Shown one piece after another: positions 13,131 through 22,787 of a stretch of 64,000 nt of DNA. Within the stretch, counting starts at the first letter, position 1. Every line of letters starts with the position of its first letter. Source of the stretch: an uncultured delta proteobacterium (GTDB lineage Bacteria; Desulfobacterota; Desulfobaccia; Desulfobaccales; 0-14-0-80-60-11); assembly GCA_963812015.1 (NCBI GenBank), contig CAWETI010000002.1, positions 1,184,001 to 1,248,000 on the forward strand, written 5' to 3'. Made by a program: the position numbers and the translations under genes. The notes under the pieces are model-generated. The model was not told the origin of the DNA. It saw only the letters and a list, made by a program, of their open reading frames with translations, and made no database searches.

Positions 13131-13412
13131 ATGATCAAAACCTTCCGGCAATTGTGGTTGGAAGAATTCTGGCATACCGGCAAACACAAACGGGTGCCGT
13201 CGGTTCTGGAAGCCCGGCTCCTGCGCAAACTGGATATGCTTAACCGGGCCACAGCCCAGAAAGACCTGCAGGCGCCTCCGGCCAATCGCCTCCATGCCTT
13301 ATCAGGCGACCGGGTGGGGCAGTGGGCCATCTCAGTCAGCGGTTCCTGGAGATTATGTTTTCGGTTTGCAGAAGGTGATATTTTTGAGCTGGAGCTGGTT
13401 CAATACCATTAG
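13131..13412 (+). CDS. higB: HigB/RelE-family toxin
   Basis: MIKTF...RKLDML...DL..PPANRLHALSGDR.GQWAISVSG.WRLCFRF pattern. Confidence 0.92.
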   Translation: MIKTFRQLWLEEFWHTGKHKRVPSVLEARLLRKLDMLNRATAQKDLQAPPANRLHALSGDRVGQWAISVSGSWRLCFRFAEGDIFELELVQYH

Positions 13413-13423
13413 AGGAGGAGATC

Positions 13424-13729
13424 ATGTTACCCAGAAGCCGGCGTCCCACTTCGCCGGGAGATATCCTGCGCCATGAATTTTTGGCGCCTTTGGGCCTTAG
13501 CCAGAAGGAATTGGCGGAGGCTTTGGGGATTACCCGGGTTCGCCTCAGTGAGATTCTCCGGGGTAAGCGGGCCGTTACGCCGGACACGGCCATTCGTCTG
13601 GCGCGATTCTTTGAAACGACTCCGGAGTTCTGGATCGGCCTGCAATCTGACGTTAGCCTCTGGGACACGCTGCAGGTGCATAGGGCGGAATATGAGAAGA
13701 TTAAGCCCGTGAGGGCGGCGGTGTCATGA
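13424..13729 (+). CDS. higA: HigA-family HTH antitoxin
   Basis: PTSPGDILRHEFL.PLGLSQ.ELA.ALG...A.RLARFF.TTPEFW.GLQ. Confidence 0.93.
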   Translation: MLPRSRRPTSPGDILRHEFLAPLGLSQKELAEALGITRVRLSEILRGKRAVTPDTAIRLARFFETTPEFWIGLQSDVSLWDTLQVHRAEYEKIKPVRAAVS

Positions 13730-13748
13730 GGGATAAAGAATCTCCCCC

Positions 13749-13997
13749 CTCGTTTCCAAGTTAAACTGGGGAACGAGACCCGTAAGGTGCACACGGCGCC
13801 GCAGGCATTGCCGGTTCTTACCGCAAAAATTAAAGGCCGCCCTCGCGCTCGGCCCCTGACAAAAAAAGCACCGGCAAGATGCCTGTGCCACTAAAAAAGG
13901 GGCTTCTCTAAACAGTGGGAAACCGATTTTGGGCCCGCCGATAATGGACCGCCAATCCCTAAACCCTACCCGCTAACTGCTAACTGCTGACCGCTAT
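13749..13997. repeat. Cluster of short palindromes and heptamer repeats between higA and rex
   Basis: CTCGTTTCCAAG..CTGGGGAACGAG (13749-13777); GGTGCACACGGCGCC (13786-13800); CACCGGCAAGATGCCTGTGCCAC (13869-13891); GCTAACT-type heptamers (~13970-13997). Confidence 0.6.
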
Positions 13998-13999
13998 CC

Positions 14000-14635
14000 T
14001 CACCCCTCCCCCATCGTCAGGTTGTAGGCCAGGTTGTCGAGCTTGACGGTGAAGTCGACGTTTTCCACCGCCATGCCTTCCGGCACCTGGAGTTGGATGG
14101 GGGCAAAATTGAGGATGGCTTTGACGCCCGAGGAGATGAGGCGCAGGGCCGCCATTTGGGCCTTGGCGGCGGGGGTGGCGATGACCCCGATCTCGACGCC
14201 TTTTTCTTTCACCACCTGCTCCAGCTCTTCGGTGGAGTGGATGATCTGGCCGCTGGGCACCCGGCGTCCCACTTTGGCCGGGTCGACGTCGAAGACCGCC
14301 ACGAACTCGTAGCCCTGGCGGATAAAATTCTGATGGGCCAAGAGCGCCGAGCCCAGGTTGCCGATGCCCACCAGGGCCATCTTCCAGGTCTTGTTGAGAC
14401 CCAGGATGCGCTTGATTTCGAAGAGCAACTCCTTGACGAAGTACCCCACCCCCCGGATGCCGAACTCTCCGAAGTAGGCCAGGTCCTTGCGAATCTGGGC
14501 CGGGTTGATGCCGCACTTCAGGGCCAGCTTGTCCGAGGCGATAATTTTCACCCCTTCCTGGGACAAGGCCTCAAGGTAGCGGGAGTAAATGGACAAGCGG
14601 GTAATGGTGGCTGTGGGTATCTTGGAGAATTTCAT
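14000..14635 (-). CDS. rex: Redox-sensing transcriptional repressor Rex
   Basis: IPTATITRLSIYSR, QIRKDLAYFGEFGIRGVGY, GIGNLG, AILNFAP. Confidence 0.97.
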   Translation of the reverse strand: MKFSKIPTATITRLSIYSRYLEALSQEGVKIIASDKLALKCGINPAQIRKDLAYFGEFGIRGVGYFVKELLFEIKRILGLNKTWKMALVGIGNLGSALLAHQNFIRQGYEFVAVFDVDPAKVGRRVPSGQIIHSTEELEQVVKEKGVEIGVIATPAAKAQMAALRLISSGVKAILNFAPIQLQVPEGMAVENVDFTVKLDNLAYNLTMGEG

Positions 14636-14677
14636 AGCTGATCGCATGGGTTGGTGACTACGTATTTTCGACTATCC

Positions 14678-14695
14678 TTGTGGAAATTTGCACAA
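14678..14695. promoter_or_regulatory. Rex operator upstream of rex (autoregulation)
   Basis: TTGTGGA-AATT-TGCACAA versus the Rex consensus TTGTGAA-N4-TTCACAA. Confidence 0.75.
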
Positions 14696-14707
14696 ATCCT
14701 GGCCGAG

Positions 14708-14733
14708 AAAAGGGGGGCACAGGGCCCCCCTTC
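14708..14733 (-). terminator. Intrinsic terminator after atpE
   Basis: Minus strand AAGGGGGGC-loop-GCCCCCCTTTT. Confidence 0.7.
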
Positions 14734-14747
14734 CGAGTTTCAGTTCA

Positions 14748-15128
14748 TTACATCTTGAAGCCCAGGGCCGTGGCAATGGGTTTGGCCATGGGGTAAGCGT
14801 ACAGAATGATCAGGGCGACGACCAGAGCGTAAATACACAGAGACTCGATCATGGCCAAGCCGATCAGCATAGTGACGGTGATTTTTCCGGAAGCCTCGGG
14901 GTTACGGGCGATGCCTTCCACCGAGCTCTTCACGGCCATGCCCTGGCCGATGCCGGTACCGAAAGCGGCAATGCCGATGCCAAAGCCGGCGGCCATTACC
15001 GCATAGCTGAAAAAGGTCCCCAAGCCGGCGGAAGATGCGCCAGCCGCGCCGGGCTCGGTCGCCAGAGCCAAAGAAGCCCAAAGCAGGGTTACCAGCATGC
15101 TCAGTCCAAGAACCAGGGATTTTCTCAT
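14748..15128 (-). CDS. atpE: F0 ATP synthase subunit c with an N-terminal extension
   Basis: GxGxGxG helix, ARNPE loop, IESLCIY; GAGGAGGT RBS before ATG 15128. Confidence 0.96.
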   Translation of the reverse strand: MRKSLVLGLSMLVTLLWASLALATEPGAAGASSAGLGTFFSYAVMAAGFGIGIAAFGTGIGQGMAVKSSVEGIARNPEASGKITVTMLIGLAMIESLCIYALVVALIILYAYPMAKPIATALGFKM

Positions 15129-15183
15129 TTCCTTAAACCTCCTCAAATGATGTTGAGATATGTAAAGTGGCCTTCTTCCAAGA

Positions 15184-15861
15184 TTAATGGGCGTGCTCCA
15201 TGGACCCGGCAAAGTACATCATGGACAGCAGGGTGAAGACGAATGCCTGCACGACGCTGGTGAAGACCGCCAGGAACATCATGGGCAGGGGAGCCAGGAA
15301 GCTCCCGGCCAGGAACAGCAGGATGGCCAGGACCAAATCTTCCCCCATGATATTGCCAAAAAGACGCAAAGTCAGGGAGAGGACCCGGGCAAAGTGGCCG
15401 ATGATCTCAATGATGAAAAACAGCGGTGCCAGGGCCGGGATGGGCCCTAAAAAGTGCTTGATATATTTCGCCCCGTGGTACTTGACCCCTAAGTAGTGGG
15501 TATAAACGAAGGTGCACAAGGCCAGTGACAGGGTGATGTTGATATTGGACGTGGGAGACAGAAAACCCGGGATCAAGCCGATCAAGTTGCAGAACATGAT
15601 GAACAGGAAAAAGCTGGCAATGAACGGGAAGAAGGCCCGGCCCTCTTCGCCGGTGACATCCACCATGAACTCTTCCAGGCCGCCCACTATCAGCTCAAAG
15701 ACATTCTGGGCACCCTTGGGCACGAGGGTTATCTGGCGGCTGGCCAGCCAGCCCAAGCCCAGGAGGATGAGAGAGACCAACACGGCATAACTGAGATGCG
15801 GCGGAATGTGCAGGCCGAATTGCCCAAAAAGTAAATCAAGAAATAGAATGGGGTGTTCCAT
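15184..15861 (-). CDS. atpB: F0 ATP synthase subunit a
   Basis: [32 protein letters not shown]. Confidence 0.97.
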   Translation of the reverse strand: MEHPILFLDLLFGQFGLHIPPHLSYAVLVSLILLGLGWLASRQITLVPKGAQNVFELIVGGLEEFMVDVTGEEGRAFFPFIASFFLFIMFCNLIGLIPGFLSPTSNINITLSLALCTFVYTHYLGVKYHGAKYIKHFLGPIPALAPLFFIIEIIGHFARVLSLTLRLFGNIMGEDLVLAILLFLAGSFLAPLPMMFLAVFTSVVQAFVFTLLSMMYFAGSMEHAH

Positions 15862-16267
15862 GGGACGGGTTTGCCTCCTTATTCTTGAGCTTGATCGTTT
15901 CGTTCAGCGCGGCCAGCATCAGGGTTATGACCACCGTGGATAGTCCCACCAGCAGCCCAAAGATGTTGACCCAACCTTGACTGACTAACAGAAAAATAAT
16001 CGCCAGCAGCACAAAAAAGCGCAGCAGTTGCCGGGCGGCGAACCAGGCCTTGGCCCGGCTCGAATCCTCCTGGGGATTATGCGCCATTGGCTCCAGCATA
16101 CCTCTCAAGGCCTGATGCAGGAAGTGGAAGTTGACGACCACCACCAGCCCCCCCACCAGAACTCCCAGGGCAAATTCCCGGCCACCCCAGAAGAACCCGG
16201 CCATGACCAGTACCGCCAGGACTGACCAGTTGGCGATTTTTAAATACCGAGGGGTCAAAATATCCAT
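15836..16267 (-). CDS. atpI: ATP synthase protein I
   Basis: Four-TM protein immediately upstream of atpB. Confidence 0.8.
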   Translation of the reverse strand: MDILTPRYLKIANWSVLAVLVMAGFFWGGREFALGVLVGGLVVVVNFHFLHQALRGMLEPMAHNPQEDSSRAKAWFAARQLLRFFVLLAIIFLLVSQGWVNIFGLLVGLSTVVITLMLAALNETIKLKNKEANPSHGTPHSIS

Positions 16268-16275
16268 GGAGCCCC

Positions 16276-16509
16276 TCACTGCTTATCCTGGAATTTCTTG
16301 CCCGTAATATAGACGTTGCGGAATCCGGCAATGATTCCGAAAATCAACCCGATGATCTTAAACAGATAGCCGGTGCCAAAGTAGTTGTCGAGCAAATAGC
16401 CGAAGAAACCGCCGAGAAAGATGGCGATCACCAGGGACATGCCGATGGCGCTGGCCTGATAGCCCCCGGTGAAGAGTTCTTTTAAAAATTTCTTGGTGTC
16501 TTCCTTCAA
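16276..16509 (-). CDS. AtpZ/AtpQ-family protein
   Basis: G..LD.YFGT...G...GI.AGFRN pattern; first gene of the F0 operon. Confidence 0.85.
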   Translation of the reverse strand: MKEDTKKFLKELFTGGYQASAIGMSLVIAIFLGGFFGYLLDNYFGTGYLFKIIGLIFGIIAGFRNVYITGKKFQDKQ

Positions 16510-16726
16510 CGCGCTCCCACCCAGGTTTGTCCCCCGGAGAAAATGATTCTTTTCACATGTGCCTACCTATCATACCCCCACCCTATAGTCAATATTTTTT
16601 GGCAAAAAGGTGGCGAGAAAATAGTTGACCGGATTGCCTAATTATATGTGCCAGTTATATCTGGTCCCAGTACCGGCCGGCGACTGCGGGGTTGAGGCCG
16701 GCCTCCCGCCTTTGTGCTTTTATTCT

Positions 16727-19210
16727 CTAAGTCTGGCTTTCCCGGTTGGCGTCCGGCGACTCCCGGTGAACCGGAAGTTCAATGACAAAGACCGTGCCCT
16801 CGGTCCCGGTCCGTTCCACGTAGACCCGTCCCAAGTGTTTCTGGATAATGCCATAGCTGATGGACAATCCCAGGCCCACGCCCTTGCCCACGTCCTTGGT
16901 GGTGAAGAACGGATCGAAGAGGCGGCTGAGATGGTGTTCCGGGATGCCGGGGCCGGTGTCCTCAAAGCGGATAAGCACCAGGTCGCCGCCTTTGGCCACC
17001 TCGGTGCTGACCGTGAGTCGGCCCTCGCCCTGCATGGACTCGCCGCTGTTCATCAGTAAATTGATGAAGACCTGCTCCAGCTTGCTTTTGTCGCCCAAGA
17101 CGGGGGGCAGGTGCGGATCGAGTTCTCGGATGAGCAGGATGCTCTGGAAGTGGAGATGGTTCTCCACCAGGGAGATCACTTCTTCCAGAACGGCGTTGAT
17201 ATTCAGGGGCACCATTTTGGAGGGCATGTGCCGGGAGAACTCCAGCAGTCCCTGGACGATCTCCTTGCAGCGGGTGGCTTCCTTGACGATCTTCTCCACC
17301 TGGCTCCGTTCCGGCACGCCCGGCGCCAGGTCCTCCAGAAGCAGGTAGCTGTAAACCAGGATGCCCCCCAACGGATTGTTAATTTCATGGGCCACCCCGG
17401 CGGCCAGCTGTCCCAGGGCCGCCAGCTTTTCGGTGCGGCTTAAATGCTCCTCCAGGTGCTTCTTGTGGGTGATGTCCCGGATATGCGTCTGGATGGCCGG
17501 TTGGCCTCCGTAGGTGGTGGGAAAAGAGACGCCCTCCAGGTCGAACCTGCTGCCGTCCTTTTTGACCCCCTTCATTTCAAAGATGCGGGGGGTGGAAGAG
17601 CGGCGCTCCAACTGCGTCTGCCACCGAGCCACCACCTGGCGGTACTGGGGGTCCACGAATTGCAGGAGAGACCGGTCCAGCATCTCCTCGGGTTCCCGGT
17701 AGTTGAACATCTGGAGGCAGGCCCGGTTCACGTACAAGAGCTTCATGTCGCGGTGGAGGACGATGCCGTCCAGGGAGGTTTCCACCAGGCGGCGGAATTT
17801 TTCTTCGGAATCCGTAAGTTCCCGGGAGAGTTGTTCCCGCTTGGTCATGTCCAGAATGACCTGCACCGCCCCCTGGATACGGCCCTCATCGTCATAGATG
17901 GGGGAGGCGGTATGGTAAAGATAGCGCTCCCGGCCCCGAAAGTTGGGAAAATACTCATAGGCCTCGTAGGCTCCCGGCAGGTTGGGAGAAGGCTTGAGAT
18001 TCTTATCCCCGAAGAACTTCTCCAGGGCCTTGATGTTTTGCTCCACCACCAGGGAGGCCATGGACGGCCGTTCATGGGTGTAAAAGGGCAGCCAGTAGCG
18101 ATAGGTCCCCACCATCTCATGCCGGGAAAACCCGGTCAATTCCTCGCAGGCCCGGTTCCAGTAGATGATGCGGTGGGCCCGGTCAATGACGAAGGTGGGC
18201 ACCGGCAGACCTTCGAGAATGCCTTCGGTGGTCTTCTTTTCCCGCAGGGATTCCCATTCCTTGCGCTTGCGTTCGGTTATATTTTTGAGGATGCCTTCGT
18301 AACCGGTAATGCGGCCTTCAGGGTTCCGACGGACGATGCCGGTGAGGAGGACGTGGACCTGGCCGCCGCCCTGGGGCGCCAGGGTCAATTCCAGGTCCCG
18401 GATGTAGTCCTCCACTTCCACTTTGAGCTGAAAACGTTCCCAGTCCCGGGGGTCTTGAAAGATTTCCCGGAGATGGGGGAGGCTGAGGGCCTCAGCCTTG
18501 GAGGAAAATTTGAGGAGTTCGACGCCGGCCGGGTTGAGATCCAGGAGGCGGCCTTCCCGGTCGGTGACGAAAATCGTATCCTTGGAGCCTTCAAAGATGC
18601 GGCGGTAGCGCCGTTCCGAGCGCCGCAACTCGTGGGACAGGCGGGCGTTTTCTATGGCCAGGCCGATCTGGTTGCCCAGGATGCCGAGGAAATGCTTTTG
18701 TCGCCGGGACGACCGGAAGGGTTTGGCATTCTCCGCCGCCAGATTGAGAAACCCGGTGACATCGTCCCGATACCGCAAGGGGATGCTGACCACCGCCTGA
18801 AACCTGGGGTCATGCCGGATCAGATCGGTAAAGGTGGAGGATACCAGGCGAGCATCGTTGCTCACATCGGTAATGATCAAGGGTGCGACGGCCCGGGACA
18901 GGTCGGGTCCCATCAGGGTCTCCAGCGTCCGGCCGGAGAGTCGGCCCAGATACTCCTGGGGAAAGCCCCGGGAGGCGGCGTAGGTCAGGCGTTGGCGCAC
19001 CCGGTCCCAGAACAGGAACAAACCGGCCTCAATGTGGAAAAATTCCAGAACGGCGGAGAGGACCTCGTTGGTGATCGCCTGGAGATCCAGGGTATGCGAC
19101 GCAATGGTGGCGATTTGATTGAACAGGTTGAGTTCCCGGCGGTGTTCCTTCTCCCCCGATTCTGGCTGATCCAATTCCTCAATGGCGTCTACGGCTGCTG
19201 GTTCCGCCAT
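16727..19210 (-). CDS. Cytoplasmic GAF-PAS-PAS-PAS sensor histidine kinase (NtrB-like), no adjacent response regulator
   Basis: LAAGVAHEINNPL H-box, QVFINLLMN, DTGPGI, FDPFFTTK, GLGLSISY; AAGGAG RBS favours ATG 19210 (frame open to 19321). Confidence 0.92.
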   Translation of the reverse strand: MAEPAAVDAIEELDQPESGEKEHRRELNLFNQIATIASHTLDLQAITNEVLSAVLEFFHIEAGLFLFWDRVRQRLTYAASRGFPQEYLGRLSGRTLETLMGPDLSRAVAPLIITDVSNDARLVSSTFTDLIRHDPRFQAVVSIPLRYRDDVTGFLNLAAENAKPFRSSRRQKHFLGILGNQIGLAIENARLSHELRRSERRYRRIFEGSKDTIFVTDREGRLLDLNPAGVELLKFSSKAEALSLPHLREIFQDPRDWERFQLKVEVEDYIRDLELTLAPQGGGQVHVLLTGIVRRNPEGRITGYEGILKNITERKRKEWESLREKKTTEGILEGLPVPTFVIDRAHRIIYWNRACEELTGFSRHEMVGTYRYWLPFYTHERPSMASLVVEQNIKALEKFFGDKNLKPSPNLPGAYEAYEYFPNFRGRERYLYHTASPIYDDEGRIQGAVQVILDMTKREQLSRELTDSEEKFRRLVETSLDGIVLHRDMKLLYVNRACLQMFNYREPEEMLDRSLLQFVDPQYRQVVARWQTQLERRSSTPRIFEMKGVKKDGSRFDLEGVSFPTTYGGQPAIQTHIRDITHKKHLEEHLSRTEKLAALGQLAAGVAHEINNPLGGILVYSYLLLEDLAPGVPERSQVEKIVKEATRCKEIVQGLLEFSRHMPSKMVPLNINAVLEEVISLVENHLHFQSILLIRELDPHLPPVLGDKSKLEQVFINLLMNSGESMQGEGRLTVSTEVAKGGDLVLIRFEDTGPGIPEHHLSRLFDPFFTTKDVGKGVGLGLSISYGIIQKHLGRVYVERTGTEGTVFVIELPVHRESPDANRESQT

Positions 19211-19502
19211 TTCCGGGTCTCCTTGGGTGTCCACGTAGCTTGGTTGACCGCGCGGTTCATCTGTCAGCGCGGCGACCTCGGCGCCTTCTTCGGTAATTAA
19301 ACTCTTTGATGACAACGTCAAACCTCTGCGGGACTACCCAAGGCCATACGGGCGCGATAAGCGCCCCCACGGGAATCTTTCCCAATTCTTCCCGTAAGAT
19401 GAATCCCACCTTCAGGTTATCATACCAGAAGTGGGGCACCGAAAGGAAGGGGGTGGGCCGGCGGGGTGCGTTGAGGAGAGGGAAACCGACCGTAGTGAGA
19501 GC

Positions 19503-20114
19503 TTAATGGGCCTCGGGGAGAAACCGAGAAGCCAGTTGAGGCCAGAGCTGGGAGGTGCGGCAGCGGGCGGCCTGGACGACGGCCTTGAGGTGGGCCAGGG
19601 CGGTGGCCTTATCGTCGTTGATCACCAGATAGTCATACCAGTGGACTTCTTTGAGTTCGGCCCGGCCATTGGCAAGGCGGCGGGCCAGTTCCTCGAGGTC
19701 CAGGCCCCCCCGGCCCTTAAGGCGCCGTTCCAATTCTTCCAGGCTGGGGGGCAGGATGAAGATCAAGGTCGCCTGGGGAAATTCGTGCTTGAGGGCCTGG
19801 GCCCCCCGGGAATCCAGATCGAAGACCAGGTCCGCCCCTTGGCGCACGGTCTCCAGGACCCACTCCCGGGAGGTGCCGTAGCCATAGCCGAACTGTTCCA
19901 CCCATTCCGCCAGGGCGCCCGTATCCCTGAGCCGCCGGAATTCGTCCGGGCTGACAAAGAAATAGTCCTTCCCGTCAACCTCTGACGGGCGCCGGGGCCG
20001 GGTAGTGTAGGAAATGGAGAATCGGAGCCTGGGGTCCTCGGCCATCAACGGTTTGAGCAGGGTAGTCTTCCCCGTCCCGGAAGGGGCGGTTATGACGAAG
20101 ATTTCCCCGGGCAC
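19503..20114 (-). CDS. gmk: Guanylate kinase
   Basis: APSGTGKTT, SISYTTRPRR..EVDGKDYFF, FILPPS. Confidence 0.97.
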   Translation of the reverse strand: MPGEIFVITAPSGTGKTTLLKPLMAEDPRLRFSISYTTRPRRPSEVDGKDYFFVSPDEFRRLRDTGALAEWVEQFGYGYGTSREWVLETVRQGADLVFDLDSRGAQALKHEFPQATLIFILPPSLEELERRLKGRGGLDLEELARRLANGRAELKEVHWYDYLVINDDKATALAHLKAVVQAARCRTSQLWPQLASRFLPEAH

Positions 20115-20396
20115 CTAAATGTCCTTTTCTCCCGGGTCAGGCCGGGGGGCGGCGCCATGGCCGTTTAAGCGCAGGGAGAGGGTCTCGGCGTGCACCGCCG
20201 ACAGGATGATGTGGTTGCTGTCGGTAACGATGATGGAGCGGGTTTTGCGGCCTTGGGTGGCGTCGATGAGACGGTCGGCCTGGGTGGCCCGCTCGCGCAG
20301 GCGTTTCATGGGAGCGGAGCCCGGCATGACTACCGCCACCACCCGGTGGGAGATTACGGTATTGCCGAAACCGATGTTGATTAAGCGCCCATCCAT
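20115..20396 (-). CDS. DUF370 / RemA-family protein
   Basis: LINIGFGN...SAPMKR...[25 protein letters not shown]. Confidence 0.93.
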   Translation of the reverse strand: MDGRLINIGFGNTVISHRVVAVVMPGSAPMKRLRERATQADRLIDATQGRKTRSIIVTDSNHIILSAVHAETLSLRLNGHGAAPRPDPGEKDI

Positions 20397-20415
20397 GATT
20401 GATTATCCCCCTAAT

Positions 20416-21306
20416 TTATTCGATGTTCTGTACCTGCTCCCGGAGGCGCTCCAGGGAGCCCTTGATTTCCAGCACTGACTGGGAGATGCCCAGATCGCCG
20501 CTTTTGGAGCCGATGGTGTTGGCCTCCCGGAGCATTTCCTGGAGCAGGAATTCCTGTTTGCGCCCAACCTGCCCCTGGCTCACCAGGGTTTGTTGGAATT
20601 GGTCCAGATGACTCTCCAGGCGGGCCAATTCTTCGGCCACGTCCCGGCGTTCGGCCATGAGGGCCACTTCCTGGGCCAGGCGGGTCTCGTCCACCGGGCT
20701 GCCCTCGGGAAAGAGTTCCGCCAGGCGATTGATGACCTTCTCCCGCCAGAGTTGGGGCAGCAGCGGCGCCTGGACGGCAATCCGGCTGACTTCCCCCCGG
20801 ATGTCGGATAGATGCCCCGCCAGGTCGGTGGCCAGAGCCGCGCCCTCGGCGAGGCGCATCTCGTCCAGGAGGTCCAGGGCCTGGTTCACCGCCTGGGACG
20901 CCGTCTCCCAGGTGGCTTCCATCTCCATCTCCTGATTGACCTGTTCCTTGGCTACGATCAGGTCAGAAAAATGGAGAAAATGTTCCAACTTCAGGGACTC
21001 GGGGGTACCGCCGGCCAGCCGGAGTTGCTCCAGCACCGTTCGGACCCCGGCCACCACGCCCTCATCCAGCCGCAGGGTCAAGGACTTTTCGGCCAGGGAT
21101 TCCCAGGAGATCTGCATATCCAGCCGGCCCCGGGCCACCCGGGTCTTGATGAGCTTACGGAACCGGTCCTCCAGGGCCCAGAGGCGCCGGGGCAGGTTGA
21201 GGGCGAGCTCCAGAAAGCGGTGGTTGACGCTGCGAAGTTCCACCACCCACTTTTGGGTGGGGGTCTCGACTTCCCCCCGCCCGTATGCGGTCATGCTTTT
21301 GATCAT
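20416..21306 (-). CDS. yicC: YicC/YloC-family endoribonuclease
   Basis: MIKSMTAYGR, RSVNHRFL, EELARLESH, REANTIGSK, REQVQNIE. Confidence 0.95.
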   Translation of the reverse strand: MIKSMTAYGRGEVETPTQKWVVELRSVNHRFLELALNLPRRLWALEDRFRKLIKTRVARGRLDMQISWESLAEKSLTLRLDEGVVAGVRTVLEQLRLAGGTPESLKLEHFLHFSDLIVAKEQVNQEMEMEATWETASQAVNQALDLLDEMRLAEGAALATDLAGHLSDIRGEVSRIAVQAPLLPQLWREKVINRLAELFPEGSPVDETRLAQEVALMAERRDVAEELARLESHLDQFQQTLVSQGQVGRKQEFLLQEMLREANTIGSKSGDLGISQSVLEIKGSLERLREQVQNIE

Positions 21307-21836
21307 TCCGCCATCGCCTTAAGCTGCCAGAGATATTTTTGGCGCACCTGTCCCAGGAGCGCCGGCAGCTCGCCCTTGGCGTAATCCGGGTAAGTCCAGG
21401 GCAGGGCCTGGAAGCTCCCCTGGCCGTAAACCAGGGTGAGATCTCCGTAAATGCCTTGATCCAGATAAATGCGGTGAGGGAAATTTTTGCCGGTGGCCAG
21501 CACCAGACGTTCTCTGGCCACGTATCCCGGGTCCAGGTTAGCCAGTCGCCGCTCCCCCAGGCTAAAGGCTAGCTCCAGTTCATTGGTAAAGACCTTCCAA
21601 TCCGCCAGACGGGCCGGGTCGGCCAGGTGGAGGAAGGAAACCAGACGGCGGCCCAGGTCCGGGCCCATCTCCGGGGCATAGTAGGCGGTGGCGGCAAACG
21701 GCCACCATGGTCCAACTAAATCCGGCGGCCCGAAATATCCGGCGAGTTTTGCCACCAGAGCCGGACCCAAATCCTCCCGGGTCAAAAGCAGACTGACCAC
21801 GGGCTTCACAGGTGTTGCCGGGCCCGGCGCGCTCAT
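21303..21836 (-). CDS. DUF4416-family protein
   Basis: YYAPEMG, NLDPGY...LVLATGKN..HRIYL..GIY, PWTYPDY. Confidence 0.88.
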   Translation of the reverse strand: MSAPGPATPVKPVVSLLLTREDLGPALVAKLAGYFGPPDLVGPWWPFAATAYYAPEMGPDLGRRLVSFLHLADPARLADWKVFTNELELAFSLGERRLANLDPGYVARERLVLATGKNFPHRIYLDQGIYGDLTLVYGQGSFQALPWTYPDYAKGELPALLGQVRQKYLWQLKAMAE

Positions 21837-21903
21837 TGTCTGACTTTCTCCTGAAACGGAATCTATTGTAAGACAGCCCGGCTGCAAACGCAATGGAAAA
21901 ATC

Positions 21904-21921
21904 ATGTGAAATTTTACGCAA
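21904..21921. promoter_or_regulatory. Candidate Rex box in the divergent DUF4416/queE intergenic region
   Basis: ATGTGAA-ATTT-TACGCAA, three mismatches to the consensus. Confidence 0.45.
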
Positions 21922-22145
21922 TTAGCGGATAGAATCCGTCTAGAAGAAATGCAGGGAGGGGAGTTGAAAATGCGTAAGAGTAGTCGGAAGTTAGGTTAAG
22001 GGGATTTTTCATCAGGCATTTTTCTCATTTTTGGGAAGCCGGGGGGGAGGCGCCGCCCTTATCCAGGGGCACGGGTTGATTTCAGACCATTCCCGATGGA
22101 TAATAATACAGTGGGACCCAATAATTTTTCCGAGCATCCTTGCCT

Positions 22146-22787
22146 ATGGCGCTGCTGATCTGCGAAACCTTTGCCAGCCTGATGGGTGAATCCACCCGGG
22201 CGGGACTGCCGGCGTATTTCATCCGCCTGACGGGCTGCAACTTGCGGTGCCGCTATTGCGACACTGCTTATGCCTATGAGGGCGGGCAGGAAATGAGCCC
22301 GGCGGCGCTGGTGGCTGCGGCCCGGGCCCAGCCTTACCGGCTGGCGCTGGTTACCGGCGGCGAACCCCTGCTCCAGGCCGAGACCCCGCTGCTGCTGGCG
22401 GAGCTGCTGGACGCCGGCTTCACCGTCTGCCTGGAGACCAACGGTTCCCGGCCCATCGGCTCGGTGGAGGCCCGGGTGCACCGGATTGTGGATCTCAAAT
22501 GTCCGGGGAGCGGCATGGCCGACCACAACGACTGGGGCAATCTGGACCTTTTGACCGGCCGGGATGAAATCAAGTTCGTGGTCACCCACCGGTCTGACTT
22601 CACCTGGGCCCTTAAGGTCATTGACCGTCATGGCCTGGCCGAGCGGTTGCCGGTGCTGATCTCGCCGGTATTTGGGCAGGTCTCCCTCCAGGAGGCCGCG
22701 GCCTGGATTCTGGACAGCCGCCTGCCCTTGCGGCTGAACCTGCAGCTCCACAAATATATCTGGGGACCGGAGGTCCGGAGCGTATGA
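22146..22787 (+). CDS. queE: 7-carboxy-7-deazaguanine synthase (radical SAM)
   Basis: E.F.SL.GE, RLTGCNLRCRYCDT, TGGEP, LETNG, QLHKYIW; coupled to queC. Confidence 0.93.
   Translation: MALLICETFASLMGESTRAGLPAYFIRLTGCNLRCRYCDTAYAYEGGQEMSPAALVAAARAQPYRLALVTGGEPLLQAETPLLLAELLDAGFTVCLETNGSRPIGSVEARVHRIVDLKCPGSGMADHNDWGNLDLLTGRDEIKFVVTHRSDFTWALKVIDRHGLAERLPVLISPVFGQVSLQEAAAWILDSRLPLRLNLQLHKYIWGPEVRSV

Noticed and set aside
17444..19300. 618-aa plus-strand ORF (likewise 37326-39359, 30798-32135, 54954-56300, 41275-42402 and 24005-25117)
   Set aside because: Antisense or alternate-frame shadows of well-supported genes in high-GC DNA, with no recognisable motifs.
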